DNA of 64,000 bases from Myxococcota bacterium (GCA_039024635.1 JBCCQA010000017.1:23624-87623), one strand, 5' to 3'; positions 7,688 through 16,230 are shown, counted from the stretch's first letter. The notes: generated by a model not told the origin, from the letters alone. Numbers and translations: made by a program.

Positions 7688-8349
7688 TACAAACGCTCCA
7701 TGATCTCATTCGCTGAAGCACCTTCTTGAACCCAGAACTGAGCTGCGTTGATCCGCTTTGATGAGCCAACTAGGAACTTGCAGAATCCCTCGCCCATTGA
7801 ATAGCACTGGATCTCAATGGCGCTGAGCTCTCTCTTGGCGAGTCGACCGAACACGGCGGCGAACATTCCGGCATAGTAGTGACAGACGACTTCACCGACG
7901 TTTCCGATGCTCTTCGCCACGGCGGAGTCATAGAGGTCGACGAAGATAAGTCCTTCGGACCGGTGGCTCAGGTCGTACTTCCACACGCCCCACCCCGAGG
8001 CCTGCAGCGGCCACCACCATGACTCGAGGAGGAACCCGAGGGCTGCGCCATCTGGCTGATATCCGAACTGGGTTTCGAATCGGCCCATGAAATCATCAAT
8101 GTCTTTTTCGCCCCATTTAAACCCGCACTGATACATGACTTCGCCCGCGGCATCTCCAAGCTCGGTTTCGAGCGCCGCTTGAAATGAAACAACGAAGTCT
8201 TCGGTGGCTAGCATCAGTCGGCTGCCGAAAGTATTCAGCAACTTCGTTCCCGAAGCGCTTGGCGCAAAGAACCGGCGTGCGCTGAAACGGTTGTGCAGGA
8301 CGAGTCTTCCTTGCGCAGAGCTCTCTGAGACGTGCATTTCTGAAACCAT
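7687..8349 (-). CDS. V4R domain protein
   Basis: ORF 7687..8436 (TTG). ATG at 8349 (MVSEMHV..) preferred. FVVSFQAALETELGDAAGEVMYQCGFKWGEKD, and the canonical C-terminal AIEIQCYSMGEGFCKFLVGS (E-x-x-C-x3-G-x3-C-x-F-x-V). Confidence 0.7.
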   Translation of the reverse strand: MVSEMHVSESSAQGRLVLHNRFSARRFFAPSASGTKLLNTFGSRLMLATEDFVVSFQAALETELGDAAGEVMYQCGFKWGEKDIDDFMGRFETQFGYQPDGAALGFLLESWWWPLQASGWGVWKYDLSHRSEGLIFVDLYDSAVAKSIGNVGEVVCHYYAGMFAAVFGRLAKRELSAIEIQCYSMGEGFCKFLVGSSKRINAAQFWVQEGASANEIMERL

Positions 8350-8463
8350 CGTGCTGCGACTGTAGGCAGGCTTGGGCGGATTGCAAGGTGTGGGTGTCAC
8401 TTTTTTGACCGAAATCGACCAGCCTCTTGTCGTCAAGTGTAGGCGTAGAGGGCAGGGGAGCTT

Positions 8464-8495
8464 CCTTCAGCTTAATGGATGCTACCTTCAGTTTA
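8464..8495. promoter_or_regulatory. Direct repeat CCTTCAG(C/T)TTA x2, 21-nt register, in the divergent promoter region
   Basis: ccttcagctta at 8464-8474 and ccttcagttta at 8485-8495, between the V4R operon start and the ferredoxin gene start. A possible transcription-factor site. No known consensus matched. Confidence 0.2.
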
Positions 8496-8561
8496 GATTG
8501 AGAAGCGGTGCGGTCGAGTCTGCTTGCAATCATCTTAGTTGTCCGTCCTTAGTGTTGGAGG

Positions 8562-9041
8562 ATGAAAGACGTCACCATTGAGGGTCTTGGTCAGCCCGTT
8601 TGTGTGAAGACAAACAAGAGGATCATCGATGCCCTCCTTCAAGGCGGTAAGCCGCCTCTGATGGCCTGCGGCGGGAAGGGGCTTTGCGCGACCTGCCACG
8701 TGTTCGTAGATGCCGAAGCTGATGCGCTCTCGCCGCAAACGCCTCGAGAGCGAGCATCTTTGGCTGCCCTTCGTGGCCGGACGAATGCCAGCCGTCTTGC
8801 TTGCCAGGCAAAGGTCCGTGGACCTGTTCGTGTTCGACGCCCGGACGGTCGCTTTATTGAAGCAGCCATGGACGTAGAGTCCTTCGTGGGAAAACGAGCG
8901 ACCGACGATATTCTCCATCCCGTCGATGGGCGCCTTCTGATTGAGCGCGGGAAGCTGATCACGCGCTCGCGAATTGTTCAGCTCAAGACAGTGGATGTGG
9001 ACGTCGGTGAACTGAAGAAGCGCTGCCTCACTGTCGTCTAG
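8562..9041 (+). CDS. 2Fe-2S ferredoxin (adrenodoxin-type Cys spacing) with about 60-aa C-terminal extension
   Basis: MACGGKGLCATCHV..LACQ gives C-x5-C-x2-C-x35-C. The extension FVGKRATDDILHPVDGRLLIERGKLITRSRIVQL is paralogous to LVGKRTTRDILHPVTGGILVEKGRLITRTRLRQL in the gene at 1-1578. Confidence 0.8.
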   Translation: MKDVTIEGLGQPVCVKTNKRIIDALLQGGKPPLMACGGKGLCATCHVFVDAEADALSPQTPRERASLAALRGRTNASRLACQAKVRGPVRVRRPDGRFIEAAMDVESFVGKRATDDILHPVDGRLLIERGKLITRSRIVQLKTVDVDVGELKKRCLTVV

Positions 9042-9134
9042 TAGTGGCCCTTATGACGCTCGCTAAGTCTGGATGTGGCGCCGTGTTGTTCCGGTGATTC
9101 GGATCGGGGCGATGTCCGAAGGTCACCGCGCCTT

Positions 9135-12100
9135 CTAGGGCTCGGGAATGAGCTGGCCCGGGGTCCATGGACCGCCTGCATCTCGGAGGCGTCGTTCGAA
9201 GGCGGGAAGCTTGTCGCTCAGGAAGGCGTTGAGCTGGGCACGCAGCGCAGCGAACGCGGTCTCGGCGATCTCTACTTGCGCACGGTGGGTCTGGGTCGGC
9301 CCGTAGGTTGAATACGATGTGCCGGCTCGGAGGTTGTCGAGCCGCATCGCGATGGTATGCCGGGGACGCTCACCGCCTTCCTGATAAGCGGGGGACCCGA
9401 GCACTTGGACGACCATGGTGTCTAGCTCCAGTCGCAGGCGTCGATACTCCTGATCCAGCGCGTCGGGGGCCGAAGGCGTGTGCTCGAGGGCCTTGGCCAA
9501 GAAAGAGAATCGCTTGCCGAGCCGCTTGGTACTGCGAGCAAAAGCGCTCACGCCCCGTTGAAGCTCGGCCACCCGCCGCTGAAAGGCCATCGCCTCCTCG
9601 GGCGATGCGCCCTGCAGGCTACCTTTTCGTAGCTGAACCACGTCGAACTCCACCGGGCCGTCCAGCACCTTGGCAGCGCCGTCGATCTTCTCGAGCAGGG
9701 TGACGCTGTAGCGACCTGGAGCAGCCAGTGGGCCGACTGGGTCGTCCTGCTCACCGTAGTAGGATGGCTCTTTGACGTCCACGGCGTCCGGCGCCGGATG
9801 GCGCAGGTCCCACGCCACTCGATGCATTCCCGCCTTGGTCTCGCCGCGGACGCGACGCACGGTGCTACCCGCCCCGTCTCTCACCAAGAGGATGATCTCG
9901 GGATCCCTTTGTCGACGTTCTCGCTCCACCGCTTCGAAGCCTTCGAAGGGCGTATCCTTGCCGGCCTTGATGAGCTTCTTCTCTCGGGCCTGCCGGGCTT
10001 TGGCCAATGAGCGCAGCGGCTCACGAAGGTAGTAGGTGAAGACAGCCCCAAAGGGCGGGTTGGGCGCCACGTAGTAGTTGTGGCCTTGGTAGGCCTTTTC
10101 CTTGCGCCCTAGAGTCCCTCTCGGCAGGTACCAGTGCGCCTTTCGAACCGAGAACAGCTTGGCCGGGGTCCCTGCCATCAGCTCGGCGCTCACCTCTCGC
10201 AGGGCCGAGTAGTCGTCCAGGATCCAGAAACCACGTCCAAAGGTAGCGCCCACCAGATCATTCTCCCGCCGCTGAATGGCCAAGTCGCGGAAAGAGATCG
10301 TCGGGGCCTTCTTGCCTCCGAGCTTTAGCCAGTTCTTTCCGCCGTCGACGGTAAAAAAGACGCCGAACTCGGTCCCGGCAAAGAGCAAGCCAGGCTTCAC
10401 ATGGTCCTGGACCATCCGCCACACGAGGTGTCGATCGGGTAGATTCCCTACGATGCTGCGCCAACTCCGTCCTCGGTCCGTGCTCTTTACGAGGTAGGGC
10501 TGAAAGTCGCCGTTCTTGTGATCGTCAAGAGCGACGTAGACGGTGTCGACGTCGAACAAATCGGCCTTGATGTCGTTGATGAAGGCCTGCTCGGGGACGC
10601 CGGGCAGCGAAGACACCGGGATCCTCCGCCAACTTCCGCCACCGTCTTCGGTCACCTGGAGAAGTCCGTCGTCGGTGCCGGCGTAAATCAAACCGTCCTG
10701 CTGGGGAGATTCGGCCAGCGAGGTGACGGTGCCGAAAGTGGACATCGCGTACATGTCCCAAGGCGAGTCCCAGCTCCACAGTCGCTCCATCATGGGCTCG
10801 CCGAGCCGCTGGATGCTTCGGGTCAGGTCGCCGGAGATGGCGGTCCAAGAATTGCCTCTGTCCTCCGAGCGCCACACCCGCTGGGACGCGAAGTAGAGCC
10901 GCTTCGGGTCATGGGGGCTGACCAAAATGGGCGCGTCCCAGTTGAAGCGTTCAGGTGGGTCGTCCGCGTCGGGCTGAGGCTGGATGTGAACGATCTCCCC
11001 CGTCCGACGGTCGACCCTGACCAGGTTTCCGCCCTGCCACTCGGAGTACATGATGTCCGGGTTGCCGGGCTCGGTCGCCGGTTGATGGCCGTCTCCACCC
11101 AAGGTGATGAACCAGTCCGCGTTCCGAATGCCGTTCGAGCTGTCGGTTCGGGACGGGGCGCCCTGAGTGTTGTTGTCCTGCGTGCCTCCGTAGACGTTAT
11201 AGAAGGGCTCGGCATCGTCGACCGCCACCTTGTAGAACTGGGTGACGGGCAGGTTGGCGAAGAAACGCCAGGTCTCGCCGTGGTCGAAGGACTCGTAGAT
11301 TCCTCCGTCCGTGCCGGCGAGGAGGTAGTCTGGATCGTCCTTGCGGAAGTTCAAAGAGTGGTTGTCCGAATGCTTGAACTTCTCCGACATATTCTTGAAG
11401 CTCTTCCCGCCGTCGTCCGAAATCTGAAAGCGCACGTCGACGAGGTAGATCCGATCGAACACGTGAGGGCTGGCTTCGAGCTCTTGGTAGTAGTGGGGCC
11501 CGGTGGCGCGAGAGACGGTGTCGGAACGACGGGTCCAAGAGCTTCCCCGGTCAGTGGAGCGATAGACCCCGCCCTTTCGTCGGTTTTCTTCGATCGCCGC
11601 GTAGAGAACGTCAGGCTTCATGGGAGAGATGGCGAGGCCGATCTTGCCCATGTTGCCTTTCGGTAGGCCCTTCTTCAGCCGCTCCCAGGTCTCGCCCCCA
11701 TCGACTGAGCGATAGATGCCCGACTCTGGGCCGCCGCCCATGTAGGCGGCCACGGTTCGTTGTCGCTGCCAGGTTGCTGCATACAGTAGGTCCGGATCTC
11801 GGGGGTCGATCTCCAGGTCAGTGGCCCCAGTCCACTCGCCCACCCGGAGGACGTTCTTCCACGTCCGGCCTCCGTCAGTGCTCTTGTACACGCCTCGGTC
11901 TCCACCCTTGGACCACAAGGGTCCCTCGGCCGCGACCCAAAGCGTGTTCGAGTCGCTCGGGTGAATGATGATCTTGCCGATGTGTTCGGAGGCCTTCAGG
12001 CCCATGTGTGTCCAGCTGTGGCCTCCATCCCCCGAGCGATGAAGGCCGTCGCCGTAGGCGACGTGTCGGCCGCCCACGTTCTCTCCCGTCCCCACCCAGA

Positions 12101-12476
12101 CCGTATGGGGGTTACTGGGATCGATGGCGATGTCACCGACCGAGTAGGCGCCACGCCCGTCGAAGATCGGGCGCCAGGTGGTGCCGGCATTCACGGTCTT
12201 CCATACGCCGCCCGAACCGACCCCCACGTACCAGGTGTTGGGGTCATCGGGCCGGACGGCGATGTCGGCGATGCGTCCCGACATGAGAGCGGGCCCGATG
12301 GAGCGAAGCTTGAGTCCGCCGAAAGTCTGGCTGGACCAAGGCTTGGCGTCCTCATCTTCGCCGGCGCCCGCGCGGGAGGACAAACCGGCGGCGCACGCGC
12401 TGATGCCGATGAAGAAGAAACCAATGAGGCGAAGGGTCAGGGCCCCCGAAGTTCGATGGGAATGATGACTCAACAC
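9135..12476 (-). CDS. VPS10/sortilin-type BNR (Asp-box) repeat protein, probable lipoprotein
   Basis: ORF 9135..12605. At least ten Asp-boxes (SGDGGHSW, STDGGRTW, SVDGGETW, STDRGSSW, SEDRGNSW, TEDGGGSW, STDRGRSW, TVDGGKNW and others). GTG at 12476 gives VLSHHSHRTSGALTLRLIGFFFIGISAC (lipobox-like) and is preferred over 12605. Confidence 0.8.
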   Translation of the reverse strand: MLSHHSHRTSGALTLRLIGFFFIGISACAAGLSSRAGAGEDEDAKPWSSQTFGGLKLRSIGPALMSGRIADIAVRPDDPNTWYVGVGSGGVWKTVNAGTTWRPIFDGRGAYSVGDIAIDPSNPHTVWVGTGENVGGRHVAYGDGLHRSGDGGHSWTHMGLKASEHIGKIIIHPSDSNTLWVAAEGPLWSKGGDRGVYKSTDGGRTWKNVLRVGEWTGATDLEIDPRDPDLLYAATWQRQRTVAAYMGGGPESGIYRSVDGGETWERLKKGLPKGNMGKIGLAISPMKPDVLYAAIEENRRKGGVYRSTDRGSSWTRRSDTVSRATGPHYYQELEASPHVFDRIYLVDVRFQISDDGGKSFKNMSEKFKHSDNHSLNFRKDDPDYLLAGTDGGIYESFDHGETWRFFANLPVTQFYKVAVDDAEPFYNVYGGTQDNNTQGAPSRTDSSNGIRNADWFITLGGDGHQPATEPGNPDIMYSEWQGGNLVRVDRRTGEIVHIQPQPDADDPPERFNWDAPILVSPHDPKRLYFASQRVWRSEDRGNSWTAISGDLTRSIQRLGEPMMERLWSWDSPWDMYAMSTFGTVTSLAESPQQDGLIYAGTDDGLLQVTEDGGGSWRRIPVSSLPGVPEQAFINDIKADLFDVDTVYVALDDHKNGDFQPYLVKSTDRGRSWRSIVGNLPDRHLVWRMVQDHVKPGLLFAGTEFGVFFTVDGGKNWLKLGGKKAPTISFRDLAIQRRENDLVGATFGRGFWILDDYSALREVSAELMAGTPAKLFSVRKAHWYLPRGTLGRKEKAYQGHNYYVAPNPPFGAVFTYYLREPLRSLAKARQAREKKLIKAGKDTPFEGFEAVERERRQRDPEIILLVRDGAGSTVRRVRGETKAGMHRVAWDLRHPAPDAVDVKEPSYYGEQDDPVGPLAAPGRYSVTLLEKIDGAAKVLDGPVEFDVVQLRKGSLQGASPEEAMAFQRRVAELQRGVSAFARSTKRLGKRFSFLAKALEHTPSAPDALDQEYRRLRLELDTMVVQVLGSPAYQEGGERPRHTIAMRLDNLRAGTSYSTYGPTQTHRAQVEIAETAFAALRAQLNAFLSDKLPAFERRLRDAGGPWTPGQLIPEP

Positions 12477-12644
12477 GATCGCTCCTCGCCGAGTGCGGCA
12501 AAACCGAAGCCTCGGCGTACCCGCGGCTACACCGGACGTAGGGCACCGGCAACACCGCATGCGTTGGTAGGGCAGGATGCCACGGCTAAGGTGACCTACG
12601 CCCACCTAAGGCGTTTTCCAAGCGACGCTTTCCTCAGTTCGATG

Positions 12645-12679
12645 GAGCTGTCTCGGCGGGGGGGACGCCGAGACAGCTC
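12645..12679 (-). terminator. Perfect 14-bp stem / 7-nt loop hairpin downstream of the OMP gene
   Basis: GAGCTGTCTCGGCG (12645-12658), loop ggggggA, CGCCGAGACAGCTC (12666-12679). It lies 24 nt after the OMP stop. No U-tract, so intrinsic termination is only plausible. Confidence 0.45.
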
Positions 12680-12702
12680 GGCTCGTTCCGAAAGGCTCCA
12701 AC

Positions 12703-13356
12703 CTAGAGGTAGAAGATGAAGCCAAAGCCCCCAAATGCACCAGAGCTCGTCGTGCCAGCGCCAACCACCGTCGAGCGGCCGACCGAGTTGTTCTCCAACG
12801 CGACGTCCACCCCGAGACCGACCTGGGCATTGACGGCGAAGTGGTCGCTGAAAAAGTACTCGCCGCGGAGTGGGACTTCGAAGCCGAGATTGATGTTGGG
12901 GTCGACGTTCTCAGCCCCACTCGAAGCTACATCACCGAGGAGACGAAGGCCCACTTGTAGATTGGCCTGCTCCCAGCGTGCGATGTTGAACAGTGCGCCG
13001 AACCCACCTCGAAATCGAACCGCAGTGTCGCCGCCATCCGGAGCCTGGATCTGGTAGCCGATTCGCCCTTCGAGACCGATACGCGGGGTGAGCCAATACA
13101 GGGCGTCGACGGTCGCCAATGGAAAAATGGAGTTGTCCGACGCTGGCACCGTCCCGGACCCAGCGTTGATTGAGCCGCCGAAGCCAAACCGACCTCCCAC
13201 ATCCTTCGCGAGTGCGGCCGACGGTACCGCGGCGAGGAACAGCGAGATCGCGAAGGCCGCGAGAGTATTATTAGACTTCTCTGCAACCCATCGAGACCGG
13301 GTTGGGTGGCTGGTGGGCCGGTTTGTGTTGTCGTCGTTCTGTCTGGTGTCTTGCAT
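12703..13356 (-). CDS. Outer-membrane beta-barrel protein (small porin/OmpA-beta-like)
   Basis: ORF 12703..13443. ATG 13356 is preceded by GAAGGAAG. Signal peptide ..AAFAISLFLAAVPSAALA, alternating beta-strand pattern, C-terminal GFGFIFYL. Confidence 0.7.
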   Translation of the reverse strand: MQDTRQNDDNTNRPTSHPTRSRWVAEKSNNTLAAFAISLFLAAVPSAALAKDVGGRFGFGGSINAGSGTVPASDNSIFPLATVDALYWLTPRIGLEGRIGYQIQAPDGGDTAVRFRGGFGALFNIARWEQANLQVGLRLLGDVASSGAENVDPNINLGFEVPLRGEYFFSDHFAVNAQVGLGVDVALENNSVGRSTVVGAGTTSSGAFGGFGFIFYL

Positions 13357-13721
13357 GTTGTTTCTTCCTTCTCGAGATGGACAGGCGCTTCTCCGCGCGC
13401 CCTTCATATTGGCCTTTCGGGCCGGTGCGTGGATTGGATGCATCCTGACCGATCGACCGAGGAGAAGTGAAAAACACTAGCGAATCCCCGAGCCATAGAA
13501 CAAGCAGTCGACAGATTCCGATCACGTGCAGGCATCAAGTCTCGCGAGTTCACATCTGCCTTCTGCAGAGTCGTAGAGAGCGCAAGAATGTACACCTCGA
13601 AGATACGCTAACTACGTGCAATCGAGGGCCATCGAATCCGCACTAGAAAGTTGGGGTGGCAAGGACGCCTTCCTATGCGCTCAACGCGCAGAAATGCTCA
13701 GGTTCACGAATCTTCGAACGC

Positions 13722-14222
13722 ATGGCGGACGGAGACATGACCGCCTTCAAAGAGTGTATTGAGACATATGGTTCAATGGTATGGGCTCTTGCACTTCGAG
13801 GCTGTTCTAGCCGGACCGACGCCGAGGACTTCGTCCAAGACGTCTACCTCGAGCTTTGGAAGTCTAGTTGGACCTATTCATCAGAGAAAGGCTCGGGAGC
13901 GACCTATGTCGGTGTCGTCACTCGACGACGCTTGATTGATCGTCTTCGAAAGCGAGAGTGTCGCCCACAGTACGACTCGTCTGACAGAGCTCAGGCTGTC
14001 CTCGGGGCTTGGTCGCACTGCGAACATCCATCGAATCTAATCCTAGCTCGGCGTGCGTTGGCTGTTCTCTCACCAGTGCGGCGGAGGATCATAGTTATGT
14101 CTGTAGTCGCTGGCATGTCGCATGGCGAGATTTCTGCCTCCACTTCTATCCCGATTGGGACTGTGAAATCTCATATCAGACGAGGGCTTATGGCTGCTCG
14201 GAGGTTTCTTGGCATCGAATAA
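13722..14222 (+). CDS. ECF-type RNA polymerase sigma factor
   Basis: ORF 13656..14222 (GTG). ATG 13722 (MADGDMTAF..) preferred. Region 2 DAEDFVQDVYLELWK, region 4 MSHGEISASTSIPIGTVKSHIRRG. Confidence 0.8.
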   Translation: MADGDMTAFKECIETYGSMVWALALRGCSSRTDAEDFVQDVYLELWKSSWTYSSEKGSGATYVGVVTRRRLIDRLRKRECRPQYDSSDRAQAVLGAWSHCEHPSNLILARRALAVLSPVRRRIIVMSVVAGMSHGEISASTSIPIGTVKSHIRRGLMAARRFLGIE

Positions 14223-14341
14223 AATTGCAAGAAAATAGATGGCTAAAGATATATTTTTTTCATAAATTGACGTGGCAACTACTCGAGATTCTTGCTTGGA
14301 GAGAGGGCGTGGAATATGAACTCTGGATCCGTGTAAGTGAG

Positions 14342-14524
14342 ATGGCGATGGAACTCTCCGAGCTCCTCGGTCAAACGAGGCTCCTGACGAACCAGGACCT
14401 ACAGGAGACACGCGATTTTGTGGCTGAGGTGGGATCGGTCATCGTCGAGGGTCTGTCAGAGGAGGAAGCTGGCTCGGAAGTCGGTCGGAGGTTTCGGCGA
14501 ATGGTGGAGGCCTGCTCATCTTGA
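14342..14524 (+). CDS. Possible small ORF (60 aa) downstream of the sigma gene
   Basis: MAMELSELLGQTRLLTNQDLQETRDFVAEV.. follows an AT-rich spacer. No anti-sigma motifs and no family recognised. May be non-coding. Confidence 0.2.
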   Translation: MAMELSELLGQTRLLTNQDLQETRDFVAEVGSVIVEGLSEEEAGSEVGRRFRRMVEACSS

Positions 14525-14596
14525 GTCTCGCTGGGGTGAGTCTTGATTGTGCGGGGCCGGGCCAACGGAGGCGACAGTGGACCTCAGTCGGTAGGC

Positions 14597-16225
14597 TCAG
14601 GAGTCGTCTAGTCGGACTGCTTTCCAGATGGTCGAGATGACGACGGATCCCTCGCCCACTGCCGAAGCCACCCGTTTGACCGAGCCGGCTCGAACGTCGC
14701 CAACGGCATAGACTCCAGATGTCGACGTCTCGAACTCGCTCTTCTTTCCGGCCCCAGTACCCGTGAGCACGAAGCCTCGGTCGTCCAACTCGACCAAGTC
14801 GCCGAGCCAACCGGTGTTGGGCGCGGCGCCGATCATGATGAACAGGGCACAATCATCGAGGCGCTGCGTACGGCCGTCGCGATGCTCGATGGTGACGCGT
14901 TCCAGCCTGTCGTCACCCCACAGGTCACTAACCTCGGTTTCGAAGTGGATTGTAATTCCTTGCTCATCTTCGAGCCTTGTCGAAAGGTAGTCCGACATAG
15001 ATTGGGAGAGGCTGACTCCTCGGACTACCAAGTGGACGTGCTTGGCTACGCGGCACAGGTACATCGCTGCCTGACCTGCCGAGTTGCCACCGCCAATGAT
15101 GACCACGGTTCGACCCTCGCAAACCCGTCCTTCGCTTCGGGTAGCGGCGTAGTAGATGCCGGCTCCTTCGAAGTCTTGCAGCCGGTCCAATGGTAGTCGT
15201 CGGTATTGGACTCCAGTAGCGATGAGAATGGCTCTTCCATGAACCGTCGCCCGGTCCCCGGTTCCGTCCCCCAGTTCAAGTGAGAATGCACCAAGGCCCT
15301 TCTCTATGGATCGAACGGTGCGAGGAACGGCGAACTGTGTACCGAACTTCAGGGCCTGAATCTCGCCTCGCCAAACTAGGTCCGAGCCTGAGATTCCGGT
15401 CGGGAAACCCAAGTAGTTCTCGATTCGAGACGAGGTTCCCGCCTGCCCGCCGACCGCGAGTTCATCAATGACCAAGGCCTTGAGACCTTCGGCGCCAGCA
15501 TAGACGGCAGCTGCAACGCCGGCCGGACCGGCACCGACGATTATGAGCTCATACCGGCTTCCGTCCTGAGCGCTCCGATCCAGACCGAGGAGTCGAGCCA
15601 GCGATGAGGGCGTTGGTTCGTTCAGGAGCTGGTCCTTACCAAAGGTCACCATAGGCCCGGCCTTAGTGCCGCAACGCTTTGCGAGCTCTTCGGCTTCAGG
15701 CGTGTCGACCTGAAGCTCTCGAAAGGGTATCTTGTTGCGCTCAGCGAAATTGGCGATGTGGGCTATTCTGCGGTCAATTCGGGCGCCAACGATCGTAAGC
15801 GCAGAGTCGCCCTCCTCGAGCTGTCGACGTCGCCGTGCCGCGAACACGGTCATTATGATGTCGCTCATCTCCGGTATGCGAGCCATGAGTCGGAGCAGGT
15901 CGTCTCTGGCTACGGCAAGAACTCGCGTCATGGCGAAAGCCCGCATCGTGAATCGCTGGACCCCCCCCTGAAGAAAAGAGATCTCTCCCGTGAACTGTTT
16001 GGGCCCCAAGCCGATCGAGAGGTAGGGCTCGAGGGTAGAGTCGTCCACGAGTCGGAGGTCTCCTTCGAGCACGTAGTGAAAAGTGTCGATTGGGTCGCCA
16101 GGCCTTATGACGACCTCTCCTTCCTCGAAGACGATCTCCCTACCAACGGTGCGCAGAGCCTCCACGTGGCTGTCGTGGAGCGGCGTACGTCGCATCTGGG
16201 ACAAGTCGGGGGCCAGAGACTCCAT
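14597..16225 (-). CDS. Cyclic-nucleotide-binding domain fused to a thioredoxin-reductase-like flavoprotein lacking the CxxC
   Basis: The N-terminal cNMP-binding fold contains GEISFLQGG. Two dinucleotide folds, IIVGAGPAGVAAAVYA and VVIIGGGNSAGQAAMYL. Where TrxB has SACATCDG, this protein reads YYAATRSEG. The ATG lies 5 nt after the RND gene stop. Confidence 0.8.
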   Translation of the reverse strand: MESLAPDLSQMRRTPLHDSHVEALRTVGREIVFEEGEVVIRPGDPIDTFHYVLEGDLRLVDDSTLEPYLSIGLGPKQFTGEISFLQGGVQRFTMRAFAMTRVLAVARDDLLRLMARIPEMSDIIMTVFAARRRRQLEEGDSALTIVGARIDRRIAHIANFAERNKIPFRELQVDTPEAEELAKRCGTKAGPMVTFGKDQLLNEPTPSSLARLLGLDRSAQDGSRYELIIVGAGPAGVAAAVYAGAEGLKALVIDELAVGGQAGTSSRIENYLGFPTGISGSDLVWRGEIQALKFGTQFAVPRTVRSIEKGLGAFSLELGDGTGDRATVHGRAILIATGVQYRRLPLDRLQDFEGAGIYYAATRSEGRVCEGRTVVIIGGGNSAGQAAMYLCRVAKHVHLVVRGVSLSQSMSDYLSTRLEDEQGITIHFETEVSDLWGDDRLERVTIEHRDGRTQRLDDCALFIMIGAAPNTGWLGDLVELDDRGFVLTGTGAGKKSEFETSTSGVYAVGDVRAGSVKRVASAVGEGSVVISTIWKAVRLDDS

Positions 16226-16230
16226 GGTGT

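Noticed and set aside
10518-11666. 382-aa plus-strand ORF inside the VPS10/BNR gene.
   Set aside because: It is antisense to a gene with ten clear Asp-box repeats. The sequence is low-complexity (V/G/R/D-rich) with no motif. It is a typical GC-rich shadow ORF. The same reasoning applies to 11961..12719, 16759..17514, 33067..33933, 31727..32434, 60103..61209, 60717..61544, 51292..52161 and 57337..58170.
15961-15968. C8 homopolymer inside the cNMP/TrxR-like gene, as a possible phase-variation switch.
   Set aside because: The reading frame is intact across it (it encodes ..QGGVQ..). GC-rich genomes contain such runs by chance. It is noted only as a potential sequencing-error hotspot.
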